Shown: piece after piece, positions 26,641-39,713 of the stretch | Position numbering within the stretch: position 1 is the first letter of the stretch | Layout: every line of letters begins with the position of its first letter | The notes under the pieces: generated by a model | What the model saw: only the letters and a program-made list of their open reading frames with translations | Databases searched by the model: none | Told to the model about the DNA's origin: nothing | From: Lingula anatina | Lineage: Eukaryota; Animalia; Brachiopoda | Assembly (NCBI GenBank): GCA_051362555.1 | Contig: CM120640.1 | Location: forward strand, 14,136,001-14,200,000 | DNA: 64,000 nt | Direction: 5' to 3' | Program-made: the position numbers and the translations under genes

Positions 26641-27925
26641 ATAATAATAATAATAATAATAATAATAATTTATTAGATAAAATTGCAACCCTAAGGTTGA
26701 AGTTGTACAAAGAATGTTTAAAAGAAAAATTGACAATAAACTTTAAATTATAAAACAATAAATTATTCTTAAAATACTACAAATTAAAAAGGCATCCATA
26801 ATTACTACAAGTTAAAAAGGCAATAATTAATAAAGGAATTTTTAAAACGTTCCGTCTTCACTTTTGGTTGTAAGAATTTGGTGTTGTTTCGTAAAGGGCG
26901 GGTGTTTCTTTCAGGCAATAAATGACTTAACTTTTCACAATTTTTTAATTTTGTATAAAACCTCTGATACAACAAATGTCTACGTTTGTCTAGGGTGTCA
27001 ATGTTACAAACTTTTAAGGCATCATCATAACTGAAACCCGGGCAAATAATCCTTAAGGCTCTCTTTTGAACTGATTCTAGATATTCAGATTGCTCAGCAG
27101 TCAGACCTGGTCCCCATACTGGACAGGCATATTCTAAAACTGATCTTATTACAGACTGGTAAATAGTTAATAAATCTTGTATGTCCAGTTTTGCCCTCTT
27201 TAGCTGTCTGAGATAAAAAAAGCTTTAAACATGCCTTAGCATACATGATTTGGATGTGTTCAGCCCACTTGAGGTCTGGGGTTAAAATAACACCAAGTAT
27301 CTTAAACTTTTTGACCTTTTCTACACGTTCACCATCTATTTCCAATGTTGGTATTGTAAGATTACAGTTCTTGGTAAAATTTATGTCCATCAACTTAGTC
27401 TTCTTTACATTAAGTTTCATCTTGTTTTGCTTGACCCAGTCAGCCAATTGGTCTATTGCTTGTGGTAGATGCGGTGTTTTGCCAAATTTGCAAATTTCGT
27501 AAATGGAGGTATCGTCGACAAACTTAATGTCTGAACAACAAGTTTTCAGGTCATTAATCATTGCAAGGAAAAGAATGGGACCCAATTTAGTGCCCTGAGG
27601 CACTCCCCCCACTAGCTGAACCCAATCAGATTTAAAGCTACTGCATTTTACTCGTTGCAACCGTTCACACAGGAAGGAATAAATCCAACATCTTACAAAG
27701 TCTGGTATCCCTTGAATTTCTAATTTTTTCATTAAGATATTGTGATCAATCCTGTCGAAGGCTTTAGCAAAATCTAAAAATAACACCTGAGCATAAGACT
27801 TTGTTGTGGGGGATGGTTCATGTCCTCCTAGTAATTTATGAGTTAATTCAACTAAGGCATGAGTAGTTGAGCTATTTTGAATGCCACCAAACTGTGCTCT
27901 ATCAATAATAACATGTTTAATTATA
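26641..27925 (-). mobile_element. 5'-truncated non-LTR retrotransposon (CR1/L2-group LINE), RT region and 3' end
   Basis: QFG..STTHAL, FLDFAKAFDRIDH, GVPQGTKLGPILF, FVDD, LGV. After a frameshift in the A-run near 27216-27222 the frame continues YLRQLKRA..IRSVLEYACPVW..LESVQKRALRII. The 3' end on - is AATAAA + (TTA)n at 26641-26674. The 5' boundary is approximate. Confidence 0.92.
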
Positions 27926-28714
27926 CTCATTAATAATGCACATTGAGTTTGATTGTGTGTAGCTTGGACGAATAAAAAATATTCGTTTTTAATAAGTTTC
28001 AACACCACTAAACTTGATTTTTTATTAGACTCAGCGTTGCTTGCATGTTGCATGCGCAAATTTAACATTCAAACTTTCCAGATGCGATTCAATCGAACGT
28101 CAACAGCGGACGCAAAAGAGGTATTTATCTATAAAAAATCGTCCCCACCTTAAACTCATTGAGTTCTGTTGATTTAAAATAATAATAATATATCCAGGCA
28201 AAGAGCCATTTATTAAAATTTAGTCAAGTCACAAGTTTTTCGTGCACCATTTCAAAAGCCGAACTATAGTCAACAAAAAAGAACCTGACATAATATACGT
28301 TCTAGGAAATTTAATGCACTGTGTAATGTAACAGCAACAAAATCCCCGTTGGACTTGTTCATTCGATATGCAAATTGAAACGAATGAAAAATTGTTAAAT
28401 TTGTCAAGTACTTTCAGACCTATGGGAGTAAAAGCCACAAGTCTAGAGCCACCGAGGCAAGTGTGCGTTTGGAAACACAGATTGTTTGAAAATTTTCGGT
28501 ACTCGACTAGAATGTGAAGACCTATTATAAACATTCCTCAGGACATCAGAGTGTTTCTCGGCACAACAATTTTATAAATCAGAAGTGATCCATACGGTAC
28601 AGAAGTATTTTCACTGTATGATCGCCACTCTAGTTGTTTATTTGTTTTTTATAAAATTAATGACGTATAAAAAACCTTAGCAGTACACTGATGTAGAATA
28701 TTGGGTACTATTAA

Positions 28715-29857
28715 TCACCAGTTTTGTATGGTTTCACAGCCATGCACAGCGTATGTGTGATCAAAGTCGTCTACATCTGAGCAATAATCAAAAACCTCCC
28801 ATCCAGTGACAGTACAGTTTGGACGCTGAGATGAACGAAGTTCTTTCCAATATCGCCAGCGCAAGTTTGAAGCAGCGTGGTGAATTGTGATATATCCATC
28901 GTATAGACAATAGCTGTAATGATCACCCATACGGAAGTCTGGCAAATCATGGTTATGGCTGAGTGTTAAATTAGCTTTTCTCGCGCATATTCCCATGAAA
29001 ACGTCCTCGAATTTAAAGAAGGGTGTTTCCATGGCGGCTGAATAAAGTTCTTTCACGGTGCTGTGCCCCAAGACATAAGCCGGTCCTGAAATATACGGTG
29101 GAAAATGTTTTTCAGGCCATTCGTCATAGCTTGTGTACCACTTATGGTGTTTAGATCTAAAAGGTGGTTTGTTTACCAACAAAGTTCCCATGTACAGTAT
29201 TGGCACTCGCTTCCACGGCAAACTATACAGATATTCGGAAAGTTTCTCGTAGCTTACAATCATATCGTCATCTGATTTCAAGAAGTATAGAGCTTTTGGG
29301 CAGTGCTGTAGCGTCCAGCGTAAGGCTACGATCGTTTTTAGTGTCAAATTTAGGTAACTGTCTTCAAAGTCAGCTTGAATAATGTCTCCGTACTTGTCGT
29401 TTTCGGCCTTCAATTTGTATTGCATTGTGGCATTTGGACTTCTTCCTGTTAGAAACAATGTACGGATTTGTTCGTCTTTGAACTGCGTTCTGGAACCCCA
29501 CGTTTGACGGAACTGTAAACGCTGCGCGAAATTCTGAGGTGTCGTCACTACAATAACCAGTAAAAATACCCCATCGTGAAGACGGCCCGTCGTGTGGCAA
29601 ACTTCAGGATTGTTTATAGTAAAGTTATAACTTTCTTTATGAAGAAATTCCTTTGTGTGTTTCCATTCATGACTTAAAACGTGTCTACCCACCGCATCGG
29701 TTTTATCAATTAGATGCTCTTCACCCGACTTTACCCGAGTGATAGATTCACTATTCCTTCCATGGCAGCGTGAACGCGTTAGTTCAACTATAACGAATAT
29801 GACAAGAGGTATCAAAATCATCACGTACAAAACACCTTTAACACGTCTGCCTCTCAT
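28715..29857 (-). CDS. GT31 beta-1,3-galactosyltransferase-like, 380 aa, intronless (copy 2)
   Basis: Same motifs; catalytic domain near-identical to copy 1. Confidence 0.95.
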   Translation of the reverse strand: MRGRRVKGVLYVMILIPLVIFVIVELTRSRCHGRNSESITRVKSGEEHLIDKTDAVGRHVLSHEWKHTKEFLHKESYNFTINNPEVCHTTGRLHDGVFLLVIVVTTPQNFAQRLQFRQTWGSRTQFKDEQIRTLFLTGRSPNATMQYKLKAENDKYGDIIQADFEDSYLNLTLKTIVALRWTLQHCPKALYFLKSDDDMIVSYEKLSEYLYSLPWKRVPILYMGTLLVNKPPFRSKHHKWYTSYDEWPEKHFPPYISGPAYVLGHSTVKELYSAAMETPFFKFEDVFMGICARKANLTLSHNHDLPDFRMGDHYSYCLYDGYITIHHAASNLRWRYWKELRSSQRPNCTVTGWEVFDYCSDVDDFDHTYAVHGCETIQNW

Positions 29858-32800
29858 GCTGCCTTCGAAGTCCCCTTCTTTTCCAACAGCTCATGTCATA
29901 TTTATAAGAATACATTGTCCTGTCGATGACGTGTTCATATTCAGCATGTGTTGAAGCAGCTGTTGTATTGATAGCTATCTCCCCACGTGGGGGTGTATGA
30001 CACTAGCATGGTGAGAAGGGCAGGGGGATTATGATTGGAAAAGTATCAAATGTTGATAAGACGGACACTCGTCAATAGTGACACATAAGAATTCATCACT
30101 GGCGGGAAAATTAGTGGCTGAGCAGAACCCTACAATCTTGGAAAAAGGGACAGACCTAAACCGAGTGATTTAAAACAATGGATTACCAGCAACTTTCCGT
30201 TACCAGACACAGATGATTTGCTAGTTATTGCTACATTGAAATGTTGGGTTTTCTTTCTTTTTCAAACCGGGGAAACATTATGCAGTATGCTGTATCCGAA
30301 AAACATTTCGTATCTGAATAATCATCATTTTTCATATCCATCTGCTTTGGGTAGGATTACCTACAGCTGTACCTACGTACCTACTCAATGTACTTATGAC
30401 TTGGGTGTTGACCCGCCTTGTTGAATCGAATTAGATATACACATGAAATACGTACATTAAAGTAACCTCATTCACCACTGGATCTGATCCTTTGATTGAT
30501 TTAGTTTTATTTTCCTTTGACTTACCTATTCCTCGCTAGTAGTAGTAGTAGTAGTAGTGGTAGTAGTGCTAGAGGTAGTAGTAGCATTTTGTATACAATG
30601 TACAAACCATATATTATGCAAGCAGAGCAAATTATTTTCCAGCGTAGAGTAGGCTGGAAAGATGGCTTTATTTACACTAGACAACTGTAATAAACATAAG
30701 AAAAATGATACGGTGTATACACTTAAAAAAAAAAATAATAATTCTCGAAGGTCTAAAGGGAGGGTTTAGTTTAATGTTCCTTCAATTGGTTTCCATTGAA
30801 TTGGAACGCATGTGACATTCGCAATTTCAAGACATGTTTTCATAAAAACTAGATAGCGGTCTAATCCATGTGCATTAAAGATTTGCCTTTTTAGACTGGG
30901 GAGCCAGTTTGCGCATGACCTCAAAATGGCAAAAAAAAAAAAAAAAGCGGGGATTTAAACTTACGACGAAAGGATTTTCGTTGCCTTTTGTGTGATGGTG
31001 GCAGAAAAGAATTTTTTAAGGAGATTAAACGTATTTTTCTTCAAACGAGGTATGATGTTTCATCACGTCAACAATTGTGTCAAGGCACTTTTATGAAGGG
31101 TCTAAACGCCATACCTGATAAACAAAAACACGTTAAGTCTCTTAAAAAACTATAAAACTTTTTTCGCAAACGATTTCACACTTCTTTATGATATTTTGAT
31201 TACAAGGCGTCATGTAGTGCAGGTAAATTGCTGCATCTTCGTTAAAACACGAATCCACCGGCGGCAAAACCCCTTAAGCTTTAGTGCAATGCAACTTACT
31301 ATGTTCTACCAAAGAGACATCTATCTCTTTGGTTGTAGAGTAGGCTACAGGCAGGAATCCAGCTTGATTTCCGGTTTTCTGACAATCATTTTGTGATAAC
31401 GTCGATATAAGTACAAGAGGGATAAAAATAATAAAGTGACACACCAGAGATATATGTAAGTTCTGCGCGCTAACCAAACGAAGTATGAATCTTTTTATTT
31501 ATTTATTTTTATCTATTTATGTATTTATTTGGATTAAGTAATCGATATATTCATTGTTCATTATTTGTTTGTAGGTTCGGACCTTTATTAAATCTAATTC
31601 TATCTAATGTATTCAACATCAATGTGCTTCGCCTCTTAATTTCAATAACTAGTTTTCTTAGGTAATCACTAGCTACGAGCTAAACGGCCTTTTGGTGATA
31701 CTTAAACAACAATAGTTAAAGGAAAAATTTTCAAAAATCTGGCTATGAAAATATAGAAAATAGAAAGTATACCATAATGATACGCGACCCATTCATTATT
31801 TTTATACGCTGTGCTATCATATGAAAACCCCGGTGCCAGCAGCAATAATGCAAGTACATAAAAAAAAAATGTCGATTCAGTCAATCTCTGCAGTCTCTTC
31901 TATAACGTGACAGCCATGTGAAAAGCAATGCAATGCATGCCCAGCATAGAAAATACGCTTCATATAGCGTTCGTATCGTACGACGTACAGATAATTCTGA
32001 TTTTATGTATGAAAACCAATAAAAGCATACATGTACATTAACTGTCTGTAAAGGCTGTGCTATGACACTGTGTGTTAATGGTATTCTATCCGCGTTTGAA
32101 ACTGTACCAAAGTCATATTTGTCTACATATCCTGCAAAGCTACTCATCTCTCACAATTCAGCTCTTTAAAATTATAAACCCCCCAAATAAAAATACCTGT
32201 ACTCAATATTCTGATACAGGAAGGCATGATGGTATAAACTATTTTAAGGGAAATTCGATTTGGTGGGAAAATCCCGTACAGGCTACCCTTAAGTGTACTG
32301 ACATGTTCTGTATTGTGCCGTTTAATGGGTTGTATTACGAGCTTTCCAGACGAGAGTAAACTGGGGATCCTGTGAGGACACACGATAGCAAGTAAGCTGT
32401 ATTTGACGTAATTAGCTTTAATGTTAGCATATTTGCTTCTAATTTCCGTACTATGTGCAGATCATCATAACGATAGAAAAAAGGGAAATTCCCACACTCC
32501 AGCCGATACTGTCCTGGGCACTTTCATGACTCTTAACAGGTTCGTGTGCAAGTGAGGCTCTGCTGACATACCTATGACATCAAGCATTTTGGATTAATCC
32601 ATTTATTATAGCGTTTAAAACGCACTTTACACTTTAAGCATAAGTATTTTGATAATGCTGGAACTGTCAACTGATATATTTGAAAAACAAAAGGAAAAAG
32701 GTAAGCTGTATAATTAAGCATTAATGTCTGAATAACAATGTTAAGGTCACAGCCCAATGTGGTTTGACCACAGTAGTATGGCTACAGCAAAATGTCACGA

Positions 32801-33289
32801 CATAGAGATTAAAGAACATGTAAACTGGAAGCCCAAACTAAATAACATTAAGGTCATACGCGATATGTACCTGTAAACTACAGCTGAAATTAAGCCTCCA
32901 GTTTTGACCTGAAAGTCCTTTGAATTACCATCGGCAATGAATTGCCCGTGGCGACTTCGAGAACTAGTGTTGATTGTAATGTTTTACCTATTTTTGTTGT
33001 GCCCTTTGCTGCGTGTCCCACCTAGAAACTCTTGGTTTTGAAGAGACAAAGGCAAAAACAAATTAAACTGGAGACATGCTGAATATGTAGTAGAAATACT
33101 TTAAAGTTTCACAAAAAGAAGTTTTAACTTCTGAAAACATGTATAATAAATGAAGAGAAAATTTTTTGTGGTAACTCCAGCATATCACAGGGTTATTAGA
33201 CATATTACTAACACGTTGAAAACGACAAATCTTTTAACTCTATTAAAATAATTTTTCAAAAGCCATAAATATGATTTTTTAAAAAAATA

Positions 33290-34609
33290 TCATGAATTGT
33301 TGGAGACGGCAATAGTAGTAGTAGTCATAGCTGTCTTAAAGGTGCTTTTTGGGGTGGTGCTTATTTCAAACAAACCAAATTTCATTTTAAACCATGCAAA
33401 ATTATCCCAATCAAGTATCGGGCATTTAAAACTTTTTGCTCTTTTCAAGTCACTCCAAAACTGCTGTCTTACATTCTCGGGGACGTCGTGGATTGTTAAC
33501 ATGTGTTGGTAAGCACAAAAACTGTATTCATCCCCAGGCCATATCGCTGGTATGAAGCGTTTGTCATTCTCTGGCGTAACCCCGGCTTTTTCTGCTGCAA
33601 TCCCCAAGAAAGCGTCTTCCATGGAAAGATAAGGCAACGTGAAAGCCGCGGACAACAATTTCCGAGCGGTTGGCATGGCCATAATGTAGCTCGGGCCGTT
33701 CACATACGGTGGAAACTTCGATCCGGCGTATTCATTTTCACTAACATGCCATTTACTAGAGTTATCTCGAATTGGAGCTCTGTCTTTGACAACAAACCCC
33801 ATAAAGCAGTCCGATGTATTTTTCACCGCAATCCGTGCGAGAAGTGTTCGCACTATTAGTTTATACTGCATTATAATGTCGTCGTCAGCTTTCATGATAA
33901 ACTTGGCTTTGTCGCAATAGGTAAGCGCCCAACGCATAGCGGATAATGTTTTTAATGTAAGATTCCTATATGTGTCATTGAAATCAATTTTTAAGATATC
34001 CCGAAAGATTTCAGCTTCCAACATGTTCCTTTCTTGTTGTTTATGATCAGAACTTTGTCCTAACACAAATATCGTCCTTATACGCTCCCCCAGCGCCTGA
34101 CTTATACTACCCCAAGTTTTTCGCAGCTGAAGGCGTCTTTCGAAATTCTCTGGAGCAGACGGAACCATAACAAGAAGAAACACACTATTATTGAAAATGT
34201 CCTTATGACAAAAATAACGAGGGTTAATAATGTAGTTGTACCTATGCACGTGCAATTTTGATTTGTCAGCTTTATTCCTACTTGTTACTTTGTTTCTCCC
34301 ACTCATCCGCGATATTTTTTCAGATTTTTCTATTTTCGTCCCCGAGATTGATTTCACGTCAGATAGTCCTTGCTCTTTGGTAAAATGCATATTTGCTTTT
34401 GCTGTTTGTATGCTTTGCTCTGTTTTCTTTGTTTCTCTTGATGTGGTTCCGACTAGATCACGTTCATTAATATCATAACCACTTGTTACATCTCTCCAAG
34501 TTGTGCAGGGAGTTATCCTCAACAACAGGCAGGCTGTGTACACTGCGAGAGTTAAAAAAATAACAGGAAACGCAAACTTTCTCGACAGCGATATGTTAAA
34601 TCTTTCCAT
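33290..34609 (-). CDS. GT31 beta-1,3-galactosyltransferase-like, ~439 aa, intronless (copy 3)
   Basis: First in-frame ATG is at 34609 (MERFN; the track start is a TTG). TM anchor, RKTWG, DTYRNLTLKT, KADDD, FPPYVNGPSY, EDAFLG. Confidence 0.93.
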   Translation of the reverse strand: MERFNISLSRKFAFPVIFLTLAVYTACLLLRITPCTTWRDVTSGYDINERDLVGTTSRETKKTEQSIQTAKANMHFTKEQGLSDVKSISGTKIEKSEKISRMSGRNKVTSRNKADKSKLHVHRYNYIINPRYFCHKDIFNNSVFLLVMVPSAPENFERRLQLRKTWGSISQALGERIRTIFVLGQSSDHKQQERNMLEAEIFRDILKIDFNDTYRNLTLKTLSAMRWALTYCDKAKFIMKADDDIIMQYKLIVRTLLARIAVKNTSDCFMGFVVKDRAPIRDNSSKWHVSENEYAGSKFPPYVNGPSYIMAMPTARKLLSAAFTLPYLSMEDAFLGIAAEKAGVTPENDKRFIPAIWPGDEYSFCAYQHMLTIHDVPENVRQQFWSDLKRAKSFKCPILDWDNFAWFKMKFGLFEISTTPKSTFKTAMTTTTIAVSNNS

Positions 34610-35956
34610 TTTTTCTCCAGTCCTTTTAATTGTCAACGTTCTTCAGTAGGCTGTGTCGTCGCGCACCGTCAGGACGTGAGTGTAATTAATACAGACAGTG
34701 ACAACCACATTACACACTTGGTCCCGCAGCACCACACGCTCCACGCAAATTAATACACTTGTTTGGTGATTTTGTTCGCACACCTGCACGCGCTGTTCAA
34801 ACTAACTCCGCGGCTTTTACCTTACTTTCACCTGGGCGATCCCTTCTTTATCATTTATAATGCCGGAGTTTAAATGCGAGATTTGATGTGAATGTTTTGC
34901 ATTGAAAGGAATGGAAATATTCAGCAGAGGTGCCTTCTTTTCCGAAGCGTGCTTTTGGCCAAATATTTGCTCCCCCTCAGAGACATGTTCCATCCTTGCT
35001 GTTTCTGTGTGTTTTCTGTATGTATTTGCTTTTTCGTGTGATGGCATAATAAATAAGAGATTATTATTAACTGATAGCATTTAGGGCATTTTAGGAAGAG
35101 TAAAGTGGCGTCGGCGATTTTAAAACTAATTAATATTTGTAATGCAAATAAGCAAATACCTGTGGTTTCATTATATTCAGTTAAGAACAAAATCATTAAA
35201 CCGCAAGTCTCATCCTTGCGCCCGACGTGCTGAAATCTAACCAATAACAAAATACCCCGAGATTCCGCCACATGCCAAATGTGATCCGTTATTTTTCATT
35301 TTATCATAATCATGTCAAAATCGGAGTGGCACTTAAAACAACCTTATCACAGGTATGTTTTTTATACACTTCAGAAACCAGGCAACTTGTGGTGTTTTTA
35401 TTTTAAAAATGGATATCATTATCCAGGGGCTTTGCAAATACGAGATATCTAAGTATTCATTACACAGCTCTTAAGTTACCGTTGCAAAAAAGTCGAAATA
35501 CACATTACTCTAAATATCCCATTGACAATTAATATTACTGCTTGTCTACCGCGGGTAATGGGTCTGTAGAAAGTTAAGAAACAGAGCATTATCCACAGCC
35601 CTTGTCTGAAAAATGTACTGTGGCTCTATAAGAAGAAAAACATGTTTTGCATAACGTTTATATCTTAATAAAGGGAGCCTTGAATCCAATTCATCGCACC
35701 GCAGATGTTTAAAATCACTCCATTTAGTCATTTTTATTGTTCATTAATTCGGTTTGGTTATACATTATGCCCTTAGATGTAACAAACTGGATTTATTTCA
35801 CCATGATATAAGTCGCAACACGAAATTTCAGTGCAAAGTGCATTCTTTTATATCGTTAACCTTTTACTGAAAGCACATAATGATGCCAAACGGTGATTAT
35901 CATTATTCACAGTCAGCGGTACCTTTCGGTCGTAAACTGTTGTTTAACACCTTTAA

Positions 35957-36140
35957 GACTGGGTTCCCATACCTAGATCGATCTAACAGGATCGATACAT
36001 CTCCGATTAATTAGATATCGTTTAGCAGCTTCAGTAGGCGTGCCAGACATCTAAGCCGCTTAAGCTCAAAGCAATCTAGCGAGAACCCCCCCCCCCCCCC
36101 GAGATACATCGATCCACAGGTAGGGTCTGGGAATGGTACC
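35957..36140. mobile_element. MITE family A copy (internally deleted)
   Basis: GACTGGGTTCCCATACCTAGATCGATC is nearly the exact reverse complement of the end of 1224-1475; the other end is TGGGAATGG. Confidence 0.7.
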
Positions 36141-38331
36141 TATGATTCACTAATTTTTCAAAGCCACTGTTTGCCACTAAAATGCAGTTCGAATGTAGTT
36201 CTATTTGAATCGGATATGAGGGTTGCGTCTTAGTTTCTGACACAAAAATAAAACAGAAACAGCCATCGGATCATCCTTAAACCAAGTACATATACACTAA
36301 AAAGCTGGGACACATCCTCTCGTTGTTCATTTATAAATCCAACCTTAAAAAATACCAGAAATAGGCCTGTACGCCTCTGACCAGCGCAAAGGAATAGTAA
36401 ACATTCGAGCGCCAATCGAGCTCAATTAAACTGGGACCAGAGATCAAAGTTAATTTTTCTGTTACAGAGAAATACTAGTTGAACATATGCAACTCAATAT
36501 GCCTCTCACAACAAATCAACTGCATTCAATATGCATAAGTTAAAACATCAAGAAATGGTTATATAAAAATGTATTATTTATCATTATAGATTTCTGAAGG
36601 TTATTGAATCCATTTATTTTAAAATCATGTACGTCGTGAATTTTTTCATACCAGCTTGTAAACAATATGAAAATAAAGAATAAATTAAATTTTCGGTAAA
36701 AGACCTAAACACAAAGGGATATCGGTCATGTACACATTGAATTACATTAATGGAAAAGAAATTATATTTCCATAAAAAAATCTTGATATATAACGGTTTA
36801 AGTGCCCATTGTGTGTCTATAAATGCTTAAAACGACCACGACGTGTGGCATGAACAAGCCATTTAAGGGTGTAAATCCCTATACTTTGAACAACAGTCTA
36901 TATGTGCACAAATGTACAAATGTAAATTTACTTAATAATGCTGGTAGGCCTATCACTTAATAATGTTAAATTTTAAATATTAGAACTGGCAATCTAAGGC
37001 TCACATGGTGTGTTTGTTGAACTATGTTTGCACTACGCGTGTTGATGTCAGTCCAAACAGGTTTGTTCAGTGTTTAATTACTGCATGAAATAAAAAGAAC
37101 TGAATATAAACCTTGAAAGGTATAATTTGAACAAGTTTTGTGTGTCCTGAAAAACCCAAAAGCCATTGATTGGCTTATCATAATTAATTTGCCAAAATGA
37201 AGGACTTTCTCTTTGGTCTGTGCTCCGCTCCGTAGGCCTACCATAGAACTACATAAAAACATTGCAATGCGTCTAATGTTAGGTTACAGCGAACAAATTC
37301 TGTTGACGATAAGCGGTTTTAAAAAAAAGGAATCCCCTGTGCTCTCGGTCCAGATATATCTAGGGAATCAAAGAATGAAATATGACATTTTGAAAAACTA
37401 TATTTGACAGGAGAGTATTTATGCCATTCTGGCCGCTCTGTTGTACTTTGACACTGTTTACACGGGTTTACCTGCCTACCATTACTAGTTCGAATACTAT
37501 GAAAGACATTAATTTATTTTATGTTTCCTCCATCCCAGTGTACCACAAACTTTCAAAGTCCCATTCATAACAACAAAGAAGGCAACAAAGAATATCGATT
37601 GTTCGAGATTTGGCCAAACAAGGCCGCTTTTATTATATAACCCCACTTCTAATCATTTAAAAAATTTTAATAATGTAACAAATTATTGCCTGTATTAAAT
37701 GTTATGGCGTTAGGGATAAAAAATATGCAGTATATCAAATATTCAATAAGACTCATCATCCTAAAATTATGATGTAACGAGTAAGCAAAAGTTATTATTT
37801 ACAAACAATTTTGCACAAATTCCATTTGTGGGGTTGCAAAGAGGATTTTATCTGTATTGTACCGTTTAATGGAAGTATGCCACGTGCTGTCTGGGCAATA
37901 GCAAACTTAAGTAATCTGTATTTGATATTGTACTTGGTGTTTTATTGGTGTCGACATATTTGCGGCTAATTTCCATAATGTCTGTGCGCATCACCCGAAG
38001 GATAGAAAAAACGGGAAGTCGTTATTATTCTCAAATATTTTACTTTTAACTGTTACCAGTGACGTTCTATATGTTGTCCCCGTTCTACAAGTTAGCGATT
38101 TTGGTACGTTTCAACCTCAGAATAATGCAAAAAAATCAAACTAACATCATAATTTCATAGGAATGTGCAAAGTCCATGATTCAGGAGAAAGATTAGAATT
38201 GTCTATTGGCATGTCAAGCTACTGGCCGCGAAATTTATCAACAGCAGTTTGACGATATCAAATGTTCAAGACTCGGAGACCAATAATTGTTTCAAAAAAA
38301 TACTAAAATGAATACCATTTACACGTATAAG

Positions 38332-38530
38332 GGCTAATTCCCAATGAAATTTCGGTTCTACGTAGATTAACAGATTAACACGCCTCCTCTTGTTTACTTG
38401 TATAAACACCAGCTTTTTTTTTTGTATTCTACTTGACAACGAGAGGCTTGTTAATCTGATCGCGTTCAGCGAGAGTCCCCACGAAGTTGGACCGCTCTAC
38501 GTAGAGCAATATTTTCATTGGGAATGAGCC
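38332..38530. mobile_element. Harbinger-like MITE
   Basis: GGCTAATTCCCAATGAAA..TCTACGTAGA / TCTACGTAGA..TTTCATTGGGAATGAGCC, imperfect TIRs of about 35 bp. Confidence 0.7.
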
Positions 38531-39132
38531 TTATTATTATGTATCTCCAAACTACAACCTAACTAGCTACAACTGAACCAGGCCGCAGGGCATGGTTTGA
38601 GTTGGAACTCTGCGAAATGAAGCCACACGTCCAGCTACGGGTGATGAGTTGCTATCGGCGATGTTAAAAAAATCTCACACGGTACGTTTTCACCCTTGAT
38701 GAAAAAAAACAGAAACTGGACAGTATTCGATAAAACGTGAGCTATACATTGTGAGAAAAAATTATAGTGAAGACGAGTGTATTTCACAGCGGTCCTCTGT
38801 TTACTTTAATATGTTAAGGGAAAAATTAATAAATCATCCAATGTTTTGAGATCTAATTTGTATAACCCAAAATCGAAGAGAAATAAATCAATTTTCAAAA
38901 AGAATGATATTCATATCCATTTCAAGGAGAACATGAATTGTTGTGGAAAGCAATATCAGTATTTGCCATTGTTGCCTCATAGGCACGTTTGATGGTAACA
39001 GCTTCAAAAAAATAATAATGTGATCAAAGTTCTCCAGGGCAATATGTTACTGGTAGGCCCTATCCTTTTATAGCTATGATTAACGACCTACCGTTATATT
39101 TATGAAACTTGCGTGTTCACCAGCAAGCCTTT

Positions 39133-39410
39133 GACCCCATTCCCATAACCTTATCGAACTAGCAGGATTGATCTATCTCAGCGGGGATTCTCACAGTCAT
39201 TGTAATCAGCTTAATTGTCTGGCACGCTCCCTCACAAAGCAACATGAACAACATCATGACCCACAAAGCTTTCCCGACTTTACCCAAGTACTTTGAGCTA
39301 CGATGTGGAGTGCAAGACAATTAAGCCGCTTAAACTGAATGCGATTGATCGAGAATCCCCGAGGAGTTGGATCCAACCAGCTAGTACGACAGAGGTTTAG
39401 GAACGCCCCC
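39133..39410. mobile_element. MITE family A copy (diverged)
   Basis: GACCCCATTCCCATAACC..GGGGATTCTC / GAGAATCCCC..GGTTTAGGAA inverted arms. Confidence 0.65.
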
Positions 39411-39713
39411 TTTTGTCACCACAAGAAACAGATGACCCACAGCACTGGTCAGAATGACACTAAACATGACTAGAACAAATGCCATGGATTTCAACTCCAT
39501 AGAAAATGAATAATAATAATAATAATGACGATAAAATACTACCCATTTCGGATGTTATTTTTCAATGAATTATTACCTCCGCTAAGGTTTGTTTGTTTGT
39601 CTGTCTGTCTGTCTGTCATCAACATAACTTCTAGTTATTATTACCATCATTTGGATTGCAATAGTAGCAATAGTCAAAGATATCTTAAAGGTGCGTTTGG
39701 TGGTAGCATTAAT

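Noticed and set aside
27926-28068. N-terminal part of the 324-aa RT ORF
   Set aside because: It has no LINE motifs and is probably flanking DNA that is open by chance beyond the 5' truncation.
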